From Balanoglossus misakiensis (taxonomy: Eukaryota; Animalia; Hemichordata), in the NCBI GenBank assembly GCA_040954595.2, contig CM082581.2, positions 186,001-250,000 of the forward strand: DNA of 64,000 bases, written 5' to 3'. A model generated the notes under the pieces. The model saw only the letters and a program-made list of their open reading frames with translations, had not been told where the DNA came from and ran no database searches. The position numbers and the translations under genes are program-made. This document shows positions 27,232 to 40,874 of this stretch, in pieces; positions within the stretch are counted from its first letter, which is position 1; every line of letters starts with the position of its first letter.

Positions 27232-30200
27232 GTGGCAAACAGAAAGCCCGTTTTACCACTGCCAGCAGTGCATTATTGAGTATTTTAGCATCGCTGGATT
27301 TAGCTCTCGTCCAATCAGAGTTGCAGACGGTAGCATGATATACTAGTAATATAATTGAGAATAAATCTCGCGACAAGTGTACAGTTTGACAATGTACACA
27401 GATAATCCGTTTCAACAATGTTTCCTTTGTAGTGTGAATAAAACTGCACACTTTGCAAGTTTTCAACTTCAAAACACTATGGCTATTACAGAGACAAAGC
27501 TGCTAATATACAGTGTATACCTGTCATTTTTGTTTGTGGTGAGATTTTCATTGGCACAGTCGCACAGAGCTCACACAAGAGGAAATTACACTTTCTGTTG
27601 AATTCACTGCATACTGCTAACTTTAAGTCATATATCCACTGAAACATTAAGTTATAGAATTTTCCATCGCAGTATTCTGTTTTATATACATGTATAGCAG
27701 TCCCACACATATTGATTAATTTGACAAAAGAAACTGACTGACAATTTTCACAGCGCTCCCAGTAAAGCATCCTTGGCAGGTGCACGTCAATGCCACACAC
27801 GAGGTTAGGGTTGGCAAGTGCTGCCATTTTGACATGGGTTGTTAGCACTAATCAATTCCTACGCATGACAGAAAAATGAAGAATTAGGCTATGGGCCGGA
27901 ACTGCCTATCGTTTCAAAATGCACTCTGTATATTAGGGTCTATTTCTTTTACATAAAAGACAAGTCTTCTTGCTCTAATATGATAAAATAAAAAAACTTC
28001 AACTTAAATATTGCGTCCTCAGAGGTAATATCGAGCCCTAAAAATCAGGTATGCTAATGCGGTTAAAGGTCGTGCAGTTCTCCTTATAACAATCGTTCGA
28101 TTGGTGGTTACGTGACTGCATCAATCACAGAATGCGTTATGTCACTCAGCAATTACACACACAGGGCAAACTATCAGGCAGCTACATGTACACTAGTATA
28201 CATGTTACAGAAGATTAAACAGAATTTTTGGTAAGGAAAGTTTGAGCAGACTAGTCCATTCAATGTAAAAAATGGTGCTGATTCCAAAAAAGTCAGTCTT
28301 ATTGACCCCTTTGAAGACAAAATTGCCATTTTTGCCACTTTTAACCCAAAAGGTCATTAAAAAAACCACTCAAAACACACTGTTTTCATCACATTCGGAG
28401 ATCTGATGACATTTGAGGATTATGCGGAAACAGTGACACAGCAGAATAAAAATTACAGGTGACATTTGCAAGCACTTATGATCTGACCATATAGAAATAT
28501 GCAATGTAAAAACATTAACAAGGAACATGCCCAATAAACTGTCATGTGTCATGGCAGTCTTACAAGTGGTGCTAGAAAAAGAAATTGACCAAAAATTGTC
28601 TGTACACAAACACATATGCGAAGCAACTTCTTTCAGTCAGCCCTGGAACAGACACACACTGACCTGCCACTGGTAATTAAAATGTGATAGCTGGTGGTCT
28701 CTGTAACAGCTGGCCTATTTAAGTTATGTAAACATGTCTTTGTTCGAGGTAACAACTCCTTGTAAATAGTAACTTTAAAAACAACTGGACAATTTGTTTA
28801 GGAGAAGATTTGCTAACCAAAAACAAAGAAACTTACCAAAAAAACTTGCTAAATATTTAATCTTTCTGATCTCAGAATTGAATAAAAGTTGCACATATAC
28901 AGGTATGTGTTATGAAATTATATCCTAAATTTCAAAGCAATCAGAGAAAAAACTAATTTCAAAGCAATCCAACAAGCAGTTTCACAGAAAATGTTTGTTC
29001 AAAAGTGGCAAAAACACAAATATGAAAATATCACCAAAATTGTACAATATCTTACTTCAATCACTACAAGGAACATGCTGCCTAAGTTCAATGCAATAGG
29101 ACAAGCGGTTTCAGTGAAAACAATTTTTGACAAAAATTGCAAAAGTTTCCCCGATAACACATTTATGCAAATATCACATTTTTTACAACATATTATTTAG
29201 GTTACCCCTACGAACATGCCTACCAAATTGCAAAGCAATCTGGCATGAGGTTTTAAAGAAAAACATTTTTTGACCAAAAATGGCAAATAATGCTCAAAAT
29301 TATAGATATGCAAATTTTGCAACAATTTGAACAAAACTATGGTTACTTAGACAACATTAGGAGGCTTCATACTAAATTTCAAAGACTTTTACCAATAACA
29401 TGGAAAAATACAAAAAAATGCAAAAAAAATAGGAAATCGATAATATTAGCTCAAAACATACAGGGTTGTATGAGGTTGATATAAGGTACATGCATACCAT
29501 TTTTCAAATCAATATGACCAGTGGTTGTCCAGTTTTTGAGTTTTGACCAATTTCACATTTTCCCAGCTAATTTGCATATTTTTGGCAATGACATCTTCAT
29601 TTGAACAAACTCCCATCTACAGCCCTGCCTGCATCTACACGCCAAATATCGAGGTCAAACGCGCTGCGGTTTTCAAGTTTTTCATGTGGACGGACATACA
29701 GACATACATCCATCCATCCATCCATACATACAGACGTAACCAATCCCATAAGTTCCCATGGTACATACCAATGGGACCTAAAAACTTGTGACTTACATGT
29801 AACACATGTTTGCCCAGTGTAGCAGGTTGGACAGTTGCAGGTGTAGATTGAGCAGGAGCCTTGAAGTGGCTGATACACTCCGTTATTCAGACATGGGTTT
29901 AGAAGACACTGGTTGATCGCTAAGGGTGAGAGAAATGAAAAGTATCACATTAGGGTCTTACACACTTGAGTGGGAAGTGAAATCTGTAGCAGACTGTCAG
30001 AAGATTGCACATCCGTGTGATCATGTTCATGTGTGAAGGATAATGAAGACCACTTGATCCAAGCTTGGTGCTACCATCTTTATCATAATTACTGAATCTT
30101 ATAATATTTACTAGTTGGGGGTGGGTGGGGTGGGGGTGGGGGTAGTTGATGTCATAACTTTCTGATGTTTCAATTTACGGTTGGAAAAATAGCAACATCT

Positions 30201-33200
30201 ACACTGATGAGCATTTGAGTCAATGAAAGTATTCATCATGGCTACCGTAGTGCATATAAGTCTCTTGGTTAGCTGCACAATCACAGGCAACTTTATTGAG
30301 ACAATATCAATGACAAAGCCCAGCGATTTCTACTTTGTGCGGGAAATCTGACACTGGTTTGCTTACGTTCAGCGCACGTGGTTCCGATGAAACAGCGTGG
30401 ACTCTGGCATCTGAACTCGGTGCAGGACACTTGCTGGCAGAATCCACTGTTTAGACAAGGGTTGGGCTGACACGGATTCAAATCTATGCACAGAAGAGAA
30501 AGTGATATAAATTGTGTACAGTTAATATTTACTACATATACTTTAAACAGATTTGTGCAGTCAGGGTTGAGTGGTAAAAATCTCAGTTGGTCAACAGAAC
30601 ATCACTGTGACAAATTTCTTCCATGTTCAACAAAAGAAACGTAATGAAATTTTGACACAGGTATAATAGTGTCTTAGTGTACCATACGGTGCAGGTTGTT
30701 ATTTGGTCAAATACACAATCCCCTTTTATGGCACACACATTCTTAATAAATTTCCCCAAAATTGTGTCGTTATTCACTGTTTGATACAGGTTGGAAGAAA
30801 CCAACTGCAAGCCGATTATGTGTTATGTTATTATGTTCCTCTTCATCTGAAATTTAAAATCACTCACATGTCTGACATAAATCGCCGGAGTAACAGCTTG
30901 TACAGGAGCATGTGAATTCAGTACACCAATTGGGCGTCAGCACACAGTTTCTACCATTCCGACACTGGATGGGTTGACACTGGTTGACAGCTGTGGGATG
31001 TGCAGTCAAGATATTGTCAAAATTACAGAATCTACAAACTACACTCCACAGTCATGTACATGTATACATGACAACAACCAAAGGGCTGTTTTGAAAAACC
31101 AAATGCTGTGAAATCCTTTAGAGTGTGACAAGAAACCACAGTTGCAACCGAAAACAAAAATAGTGATAACATTAAGCTAGCCCAAAGTTTGAGTTACCAG
31201 GGCTTTAATATGTGTACCGTACTTATATTATATAATATATAACAAGTGTTTTGCATTGAATAAAATAATATTGGTTAGTACTTACGCATTGTACATGTGG
31301 CACCAGTGAAGCATTCGGTACACATACAGTCAAACAGGAAACAGCCGTCTCACGCAACGCATGTGCCACCATTTTGACAAGGCATAGGGTATAACTGATC
31401 AATGGCTGCCAAAACAAAAATGAAAGTATCAATTACCTGCTTGTCAAAAACTTGTACATGTACTTGTGATGTTCATTTCGTTTAAATATGTGAGCAATGT
31501 CTTCATTCCTTGTTTCAAACCTTTACATTTAAAATAACATAATGATGCTATTGCTAGGATTATTCTGTAAGAATCTTGAAAAATTAAAAAAATGTGCCAT
31601 CAACATGATACAGAAGGCTTTCCTTTTTAACATGCACCTCACACTCAATTTTGACCCTACATCAGCAAATTGTGAAAGGATGAAACTTATTAATGCTTCC
31701 ACCCCATTTATTGGTGTATGGGTCCATCTATCACATTGAGAATACCAAAAATGAGGGTTTATATACCACGCTGTGTCATAAAACAGTAATTCGACACACC
31801 TACGGCACAGATGGCCCCAGTCCAACACTACTGGCAGTAACAGGTGTAGTCAGTATAAGAATTTGGTGTTTTGGAACAATAGCCTCCATTTTGATACGGA
31901 TTCTGATCACATGGGTTAATGACAATCAGAAAAAAAAATAGTTTAAAACACATGAAATGCAGATGGCTACACCTCAACCAAAGATGATTCCTGCACCACA
32001 ACAAAATCCTTTGACACAAGCATTATACTGGAACCATACCCAGAACACGCATTAAGTATATGATGAAGGGACAATGTCTCTATTTTGGGTAATACAGTAA
32101 AACCTGTCTTTATGGACACCTCTCTAATCAGAACACCTAGTAAGATTGATTTTTCAAGCCAAATAGTAAGGATAATTAAGGACGTCTCTTTTACTAAGAG
32201 GTGTGCACCACCTTAGGAGAGATTACCTCACATGCACAATTATCTCTACAGACACTAGTCTTCAAGAGGCAACTCTTGTATATTTGAGTGATGAAAACAT
32301 CCAACTTCGTACACTTCCTCACAAGTTCGTGCCTATCCTAAATTGCACGGACATACAAATGAAATTTCTGTTTCCTTTTCCTTTCTTTTCTCTTGGGGAA
32401 ATTTTAGAAATGAGAAGTTACCACACAATTCAATTGCCATGAAGAGAAAGTGCCCAAAAGATTGTCATTTACGGTACGTCAGAAACTTACATATTTCACA
32501 ACGGTTACCCTCATAGCAACCAGTACAGGCACAGGTATATGCCGTGCAGGAGTTGGCCACTGCATTACATACAGCCCCGTTGAGACAGCTGTTTCGCTGG
32601 CCTGGATCTTGGACTGCAATAAAAAGTGCAACCTAATGTTATCTCAGCAATATTTACTTTCAAAATCTGTTTGATGAAAACATCATCATTACCATTACTG
32701 TAAATACTGAACGGAACTTCACTTCCAAAAACAACTTGCTCATTCTGGGACGCACTTATGGGGCTATGAAAATCTCTGTATATGTATCTTGTGTAGGGAA
32801 AATTTTCATGAACGATCAACAGTTTTTTCTTCAAATAAACATGTTTTCTTTCAGCTGTACATCATTTTTGAGGTGACCGATTCCCAAGGACCAAGGTGTG
32901 ATGCTGAAGATGAAAATATAAAGTATGACCAACAGACAATGTATTGAGACATGATTGTAAATGTTAGTTCCTGCATGACAAATGTTTGTTTTAATGAGTT
33001 TTACACTGGCTGCAGTGTGTGCCGGTGAAACATCCTGGACAAGTACACTCATAAGTTGTACAAGACAGCTGAGTACACCGCCCATTGTTCAGGCATGGAC
33101 TTGGCCTACATGGAGTTTGTTCTGTTTCAATGGCATGAAAAAAAAATAGTAGTGACATAAGTTTTTTAGGGTATGACCATTTCCCTAATTCCTACAGCTG

Positions 33201-33354
33201 TGGTTCTATCGGGTTCTCCTATAACTGAGCCTCCTAAATGTATAACTGAACAATAAGAAGTCAAGGGTGCCCTGACACCCAACTTTTAAGAGCAGTTCAT
33301 TTACTGAAACTGCCAGCACCCAATATTATCCCACATGTAATCCATATGTGGAAT

Positions 33355-33667
33355 TATATTATACCAGTATATTGAAGGTGTAAATCACGCTATTTGATTG
33401 GTCGAGACACGACACGTGACCAGGATATATTAGCCATATACCACAGTCATATATCATAGTCAAAGAAAATGCCTTTTTAAAATGTTTTATGCAAAGTTTC
33501 AATATACTGGCATAATATAATAGCAATAAAACACCCCCAGCCATGGTATACCACTCGATTTTGACCAGTTCAACTCCATATACGCACTCGCTATCGCTCG
33601 TGCGTATATGTCGTGAACTGGTCAAAATCTCGTGGTATACCATGGCTGGGGGTGTTTTATTGCTTAA
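33355..33667. mobile_element. Palindromic non-autonomous element (Crypton-like architecture); copy 48246-48558
   Basis: Short inverted pair 33357-33376 / 33498-33517 followed by a ~143-bp hairpin 33522-33664 (AGCAATAAAACACCCCCAGCCATGGTATACCAC...GTGGTATACCATGGCTGGGGGTGTTTTATTGCT). Family assignment is from resemblance only. Confidence 0.6.
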
Positions 33668-33919
33668 ATCAAATACACCTGTAACAGTTTTAATTTACCA
33701 TGTGGGTATTTGCATGGAGGGCCATGGTATTTGTTATCTACTGATAAAATACCCTTCAAAACAATATCCTCATTTCTTCAGAAGTTTGGCAACAAGACCA
33801 ATAAAATTTGAAGTTTCACATCAAAATATACAATGCATAAATATGCTTAAAGATCTACGGAATAAAGATTGCTTGTTTGTTTGCAGGGTGTCTTGAAAGT
33901 ATATACTCACTTGTTTGAC

Positions 33920-35037
33920 CATGGACCCTAGAGAAAGAAGGACGCGCAACTCCAGTTTTTGCTTGAAATGATGTTCTTTTGCATACATTATTTCCAGGTA
34001 AATCCCAATAATCCAATTTGCAAATAAACTGTGTATAAACTAACGCAAAGTCTCGCGTTTTGCGTGAAGTTATCACAAACACCTTAGAACATCTCGCAGA
34101 AGACGAGAAAACTGCAACGTGGTTGAACGCAGCAATCATTTATGGAACACATCTGCACAAGTTAAACAGGAATTTGGCACCTCTGAGTCTGACAGCGTCC
34201 AAAACAAGCATCTTTTGTCTAACAGTCCGGGTATTTCACAAGGCTGTGAGCTAACCGTACCGAGGGTTGCCTGGCGGCAATAGCGCACACATGAAAATCC
34301 AGCCAGTTTGTTTATAAATTGTTTTCGTGAAATCTGTTTTATTGTTCACGCACTGCGAAATAAAATGCCCCTAAACCACAATTTTTGTTTCAATGCTTCA
34401 CGCAAACATAAAATTATTACGAAAAGTGTCAGCGTTACCAAGAAATATGAGTGCCCAGTCGGACATGCAAGAAGGACGCGCAACTCCAGTTTTTTCTTGA
34501 AATGATGTTCTTTTGCATACATTATTTCCAGGTAAATCCCAATAATCCAATTTGCAAATAAACTGTGTATAAACTAACGCAAAGTCTCGCGTTTTGCGTG
34601 AAGTTATCACAAACACCTTAGAACATCTCGCAGAAGACGAGAAAACTGCAACGTGGTTGAACGCAGCAATCATTTATGGAACACATCTGCACAAGTTAAA
34701 CAGGAATTTGGCATGGATGATTTGTTTACAATTTTTAAATGAAGCTTGTGGCACTAGAAATGACCGTTCATCCGACAGACGACCATAATAATTAGCACAG
34801 ACATCGTAATACTTTTAGAATTTTAGAAAAAAACGCAGTGGCTGCTGAAATGCAGGAGTGTCAGTTTGGTGGCAAGTTTTCGCATCACTGGTGGGGTCGA
34901 CACGTGCCGAAGTAAGGAAGTCATTGTCCAACTGTCCTGGGTGTTAATTATATGCAAAAGAACATCATCATACAGATAATCCCCAAACCCTTTGATCTTT
35001 GCCGCAGTTGCTCGTCCTTCTTTCTCTAGGGTCTATG
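33920..35037. mobile_element. Non-autonomous DNA transposon, P-superfamily-like (CAT..ATG termini, 7-bp TSD)
   Basis: TIRs CAT(G/A)GACCCTAGAGAAAGAAGGACG; TSD GTTTGAC at 33913-33919 and 35038-35044; internal ~245-bp direct repeat with a 534-bp offset. Confidence 0.88.
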
Positions 35038-35152
35038 GTTTGACAGATGTCACCTGTGTAAGAGTTCACACACTGGCATGAATAGAAATTGCACGATGTT
35101 TGTTGGCAAAATCCACCATTCATACATGGGTTGGGATCACAGGGGTTTTGCA
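35038..35152 (-). pseudogene. EGF-like exon separated from its donor site (33910) by a DNA transposon; copy at 49929-50043
   Basis: QNPCDPNPCMNGGFCQQTSCNFYSCQCVNSYTGDICQT runs into the terminal inverted repeat (TIR); CAA ACA A|gtgagt lies at 33905-33917. Confidence 0.85.
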
Positions 35153-35706
35153 CTGGAAATTAAGAAAGGACGCCATTTTATTCCTTGCTACTCATTCTAC
35201 AGTACAGATATGGCAAAAACCTTGCAGAATTATGGCAAGGGTGTGTGGAGTGATTGTGCCTACAACTTATATTAGGCTGGTATCAAGTTGTTCACACCTC
35301 CATAGATCATGTGGCAGTGACTGTGAGGCAAGGGCTTCCCTTCATGAAATCAAAGACCTGTGTACTGGAGGAGGGTTCCTTGCAAATGCTTGACTTGACT
35401 TCAAGCATACCTGTAGACTCATATGTAAATTTACACTATCTGGCCTGGAGTGAGAATTTCCATAGTGGATGTGCGTTGACAAAAGGCTGTAAAATTGGCC
35501 AGTCGCGCATAATGTTTCTTGAACTAAGACAATCAAGACATTATGCGCTACGAAAGTGATTTTGATTGGGAAGAGTGTAATCTTGCATTCGATGTCAAGA
35601 ACGCTCCAAGCTCTGCTGTGGTGATGGCTACACCTATGCTCAGGAAACATGCAGTATTTGAATGCATCAGAGACAAAAGGTAAAAGAGACTGCGCTGTAT
35701 ACTTAC

Positions 35707-35829
35707 ATATCTCACACCTATCACCTTTGTAGCAACCAGTACATATGCAGGTGAGATCAAAGCAGGAATTTCGAGCCGGTTGACAGAAGCCACCATTCTG
35801 GCACGGATTTGGTGGACACTGGTTGAGTC
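35707..35829 (-). CDS. EGF-like exon (open, 8 Cys), only in units 3 and 4
   Basis: tag|GA...ATA T|gtaagt; LNQCPPNPCQNGGFCQPARNSCFDLTCICTGCYKGDRCEI. Confidence 0.65.
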
Positions 35830-36053
35830 CTACAAGGAAAAGGGTCAAATTTTCCATGATCATCAATGTCATGTGATTATGAATGTATGTCAGTGGCTGA
35901 AAAAAATTCCCAGGGGTGAGTTTCCTACAAAAATTGTGATGTGACAAACCGACAAATTAGCATATTAGCATAATCAGAATAAATAAAAAACAGGTAGTTT
36001 AAAAGAACAAACACTTTGGAAAAGGAATAGAGCTAAGCTGCTGTCCCTTTCTA

Positions 36054-36520
36054 ATTGTTACTCGTTCAAAAATCACCTGTCACATCACTCCAATTTTGTA
36101 TCAGTTGCACTGGCTACCTGTTACAGAGCGTATTGTTTTTAAGATGTTAGTTCTCATTTTTAAATCCATTCATAAACTTGGTCCAATCTATCTTTCTAGC
36201 ATGACTAATCTATATGTTCCGTGTCGCAATTTGAGGTCAGCTGATCAGTTCAAACTCTGCCCTGTTCGATCACGCACCAAGAGTTATGGTGATCGTGCTT
36301 TTACTGTTGCTGCTCCAATTCTTTGGAATAATCTTCCACTCACCATTCGCCAGGCACCAGACTTATCTGTTTTTAAATCAAATGTTAAAACTTTACTTTT
36401 TAAATCTGTTTTTTAGCCATTTGTTGTGTTGTATTGTACTTTTGCTTTAAGCGTCATTGATCACATTTTTTGTGGATACTGACGCTATACAAATAAATTA
36501 TTATTATTATTATTATTATT
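36054..36520 (+). mobile_element. L2/CR1 LINE 3' fragment (unit 3)
   Basis: Copy of 6799-7265. Confidence 0.9.
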
Positions 36521-37918
36521 TCTATTTTTGTGTTTGTACAACATCAGTGAAGTTTAAATCATAATAAAAAAAAAATGATAATTATCATTGTTAACTGCTA
36601 TAGATTCAAACTTACTTGTCTCACACCTGTTTCCCTAGTAACACTCTGTGCACATGCCAATGGTGGCAGTACAAGAATTTGCCTGTTGTTGGCAGGTACC
36701 TCCATTGAGACAAGGACTAGTGAAGCATGGATTAGGAACTGGAAGACAGGAATTCAAAATTTTATACAACAGTTACCTATGGTAACACCAGTACACGTTC
36801 ATTATTTCTCTGTTATGTTTTTATACTGGTGATTTTACTGTTTTTATTACCGATCATATGACTGACTTAAAGATGATGATGATGATGATAATGACTACAC
36901 CTGCTATTATTACTACAATGTACCTCAGCACTTAGATTTTTTAATAAATGACAAAGTACTGTACTCACGTGTTTCACATGTGAAGCCCAGGTAGCAGCCA
37001 GCACATAGACATGTGACGCCTGTACAAGATCCCTGGATTGCTTGGCAAGTACCAGCATTCCGGCATGGGTTAAGGTTTGTGTTCGCACGGATTCATTGCT
37101 GCAAATGTACACAATATTTACAAAATAAAACAGTATACAACTGTAAGTATTTATAATCATCAATTGTGAATATCACACCAATCAAGGCCTTTTAATGCAC
37201 CCTGATTGCTGAGAGCTGAAATACGTGAACCAACGTGTATTTGTTTTCACTACTATATCACATGACATTCTGCATCTCTTTTCCATAGTTGGAGTCTGCA
37301 CCCAACATTGTATTCCGGGGTAGCACTACCCGGAACCCCGAAACTTTTTCGTCATCATCCGAGTACTTTTCCCAGCATGCAGTTGCCAAGAAGGCTGCAC
37401 AGGGAGTTTTTAATTTTGCACTGGTATACAATTTTTTTATTCGTCAATTTCACAGACACGTGCATTGCACATCAAAATTTTGCGTCAGAAGTGAGGACAA
37501 CTTAACTAGGTACCAATGCAATGTGGTTTTAGGCGGATTTGAACTTTTCCTTTAATGTAACAGTTGTATTGACATGCGATTATCATACTGAACATGAAGC
37601 AATCTCAAAATTGCTAAAAATAAAATAATTCAGAACATTTAGATTCTACAATGGTGAAAAAATATGACAAACCTTCCAAAATTCTTATTTTTGAGGCCAT
37701 TTTACAAAAATCTACGAGCCTGGCAAAATCTGAAAGAGGTGCTAGATAAAGGGCGCTTTTTCAAAACTCTAGATGGTTGACCCCCAATTTTTATTCCATA
37801 GATTAAATGTTTAGAAGTCATAGTATCATCAGTATTAATTTTAACATGATCAGACGACCCTTTATTTCGAGGTGCCCAACACCTTAAATATGTTTTTACG
37901 ACTAAGACGACTACAAAC

Positions 37919-39837
37919 CTGGTAGAAGGGGAGTACATGTTGTTGATGGTCCCAGAGAGTAGGTTCTTGATGTGCAGGCAAGTGGGTGATGTTGCTGCAC
38001 ACTGACAGCCTGGATCGCAAGGGGTACAGGATACTTCTGTGGCTGTGTCAGCATAATAACTTGATGGACAAGGAATGGGGCTGTCTGACCCATCTGGACA
38101 GTAGTTACCTACGCCGCAATCAGCACATGTCATGTCTGTAGAATAACAGCAGCTTGTGTAGTGAGTGTTTTGCCGATATGACAGAGTTCAAGTATGCTTA
38201 TTTGGTTAAATTTTAAAAGGAATATCACCCGCTGTTTTAGAGTTAATATTGCGAAAGGGACTTCATAAGTTGTCTGAAAACACCAGTTTCCCCAATTTTC
38301 ACTAATGTATAGGAATACATGAGAAGTCGGCCAGATTAGAAGTCAGCCACTACGCGCGTATGAGAAGTCGGCCAGTTGTTGAACTTGTACCCGAATAGTG
38401 CAGTGATGACCCAGATTACTTATAACAACACTTAATAAAATATGATTGCACTAAATATTTTCATTTGGACGGATTTCCCAAATTCTTGACAACACAATGG
38501 CGTCATTTCAAATAATGGCGTCTGGCATCCGTACCAGTTCCCCATCCCCGTATCCGCGTAAGGAGCTTAGGTTGTTCGCCAAATTCCTGTGACATTTCTG
38601 ATTAAAGGGAGTTGTTTCAAAGCCTACTAAAATACATAGAAGATGTATGTGTATATTCATACTTTCTGAGACAACACCAAACAAACAAACAAACAAACGT
38701 GACAAGGAACAGACTACTGGCGCAGCTCAAGAAGTGCAGGTGACTGATGTTGACGTACCCCGGTGACGTACATGAAAAGTGAACAGACAGTTTTAAAATT
38801 CATCGGCTATTTGTACAAATATCTCAGCTCCTGTACATCAAGGAAACATTTCGTAGTGAAACAGTTATATATAACACAAAGTACCAGGGTTCTCTCCCAC
38901 AGGCCGACTTCTCGTACTGGCCGATACCGACTTCTCATACTGGTCGACTTCTCAGGACACCATGTATAGCATAGCTGTTGAACTAAAAAAATATGTAAAA
39001 CTACAAGTGATGTAAACAACTTGTGGAACCATGTTCAAATCGAGACCAGAAGAAAAGAGATTTCAAGACTTACTTCCTTCAACACTTTACTTCCCTGTAG
39101 CGCACTGTGTGACATTTGTAGTTGTGCATTCATAACCAGAAGGACTTGGCCGAACCTAGCGAGTATGAACCTATCACAGAAAAAATTCAAAGAACGATTG
39201 GTTTGGTCCAACGATCCCTTATTAGAGAGATGTCCGTAATCACAGGTGTTACTGTACAATACCTCTTCAGTGGAATCATTGTGTTTTTCAAAGTGCATCA
39301 CAATATCAACTCCAATGAGCATAACAGTTTAATTTTCTGTGTATGTCATGCTATAACACAGGGAAGTCATAAGAGTAATTTGTAGCCCAACTTACCAGTA
39401 ACTGTTGAACAATCAACTACGGGTGACATGGTTGGACACTTGGATCCTGCTGGACAAGGCGTGCATGTGCCGTCGCCTTCCATAGCATATTCACCATTGC
39501 CACAGTCAAGCGGATCTTACATTGGATCTGAACACGATTGTCCAGCAGGGCACAGAAGACGGGATGTGCGTGCAGGCTCCTCACTTATTTCATCTGATTA
39601 AAGAAAATGAGGTTTTTAGTGAAGTATTTGTGATACAGTGTCATTTAAAATAACAAATTACTTGAGATGATTCACTTCATAATTCTGAGACAAGTATACG
39701 GGCATGTAGAAAATTCTTTGGAGGACATTAAACGTCATTTCTAATCAACCATTTTCTGAATATCATAAGACTCTGCGAGATCTCACATGGCTAACCGGGT
39801 CTCGCAAGATTTCGCACTGAGTTGATAATCTGTTGTA

Positions 39838-39869
<32 letters not shown>

Positions 39870-40495
39870 TAACCCCAGTCGCACTGACTTGAAAATCTGT
39901 TGTAAACACATACATGCATACACACATACCACTCAGTTTCATCACACAGCAAACTGAACAAGTACCACAATCTTACCATTTGTACATCTGGTACAGTTTG
40001 TTGCACCAGCCAATGACACGTAACCCTTGGTACACTTGAATTGCGATGCACTGGGATCTGTGCAGGCGTACCCTTGCTCACAAATAGTACACTGTTCAGC
40101 ACCGGCTGATCTGTAAATCAAACAAAGAATTTACACACCAAGTTAACCTTTGAATACCACTGTAAAAAATTGGCGCAAATTTTAATTATTTTCATAAATA
40201 GAGGTTTATTCAAATTTGGAAAAATTGTCATTTTTTCATTCATATATTATATCAGTAAATTTTAAATACAGAAATGGAAAATGTTCCCATCCTATTTTTC
40301 AGTTAGTAAATTACCTGACCTAATGTTTGATGTTGGAAATAAAGGTTGGTGGGTAGAAGTTTACCTGTTATGCAAGAGGTACAGCGAGACATCCTTTGTC
40401 CAAGGCCGAACTGTAATAACCAGCCGAGCATAAAATCACAGTGTTACCATTTGGACATTGGTTACCAGCTGGGCAATCAGCACATGATGTTTGTG
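37919..40495 (-). pseudogene. GCC2/GCC3 Cys-rich repeat gene remnant, unit 3
   Basis: Exons 37919-38135, 39074-39170, 39396-39593, 39977-40110, 40365-40495. Confidence 0.82.
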
Positions 40496-40874
40496 CTGAA
40501 AATAAATAGAGATTTATAGAATCTTATAGTCACAGTCATACCTTCAAAGACGTGGGATTCTCACGCGGGTTGGGGACACAAAAATCCCTGGCAAAAGATT
40601 GAGGACAGTAAAATGCCAAACCAGAGATATTGGTAACAGAAACTGTATACAGTCAATGCCATATGGCAGTGTGCTGTTCTAACAACAGACAAGAATGTGA
40701 CGATCATAGTCTGTGTCGGAGATTTGGAAAAGAGCAAATTCGGTGAAAAGACGGGACAAAACAAAAGTCTACTTATACGATGCACATGAAAACTTGATGA
40801 AAGCGAAGCAGTCCACTATTTGAATGCATTGGATGTAAAATTGGCAGAATATTTGGACTGGACGTAATGTTTGT

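Larger units (their letters stand above)
29797..37098 (-). pseudogene. Multi-EGF-repeat gene remnant, unit 3 (11 distinct exons, probable ancestral layout)
   Basis: Exons 29797-29919, 30367-30483, 30868-30990, 31286-31405, 31800-31922, 32491-32613, 33005-33121, 35038-35152 (split by a transposon), 35707-35829, 36616-36738, 36969-37098. Confidence 0.85.

Noticed and set aside
33522-33664. miRNA precursor or structured ncRNA
   Set aside because: Better explained as part of a palindromic mobile element, and no expression data are available.
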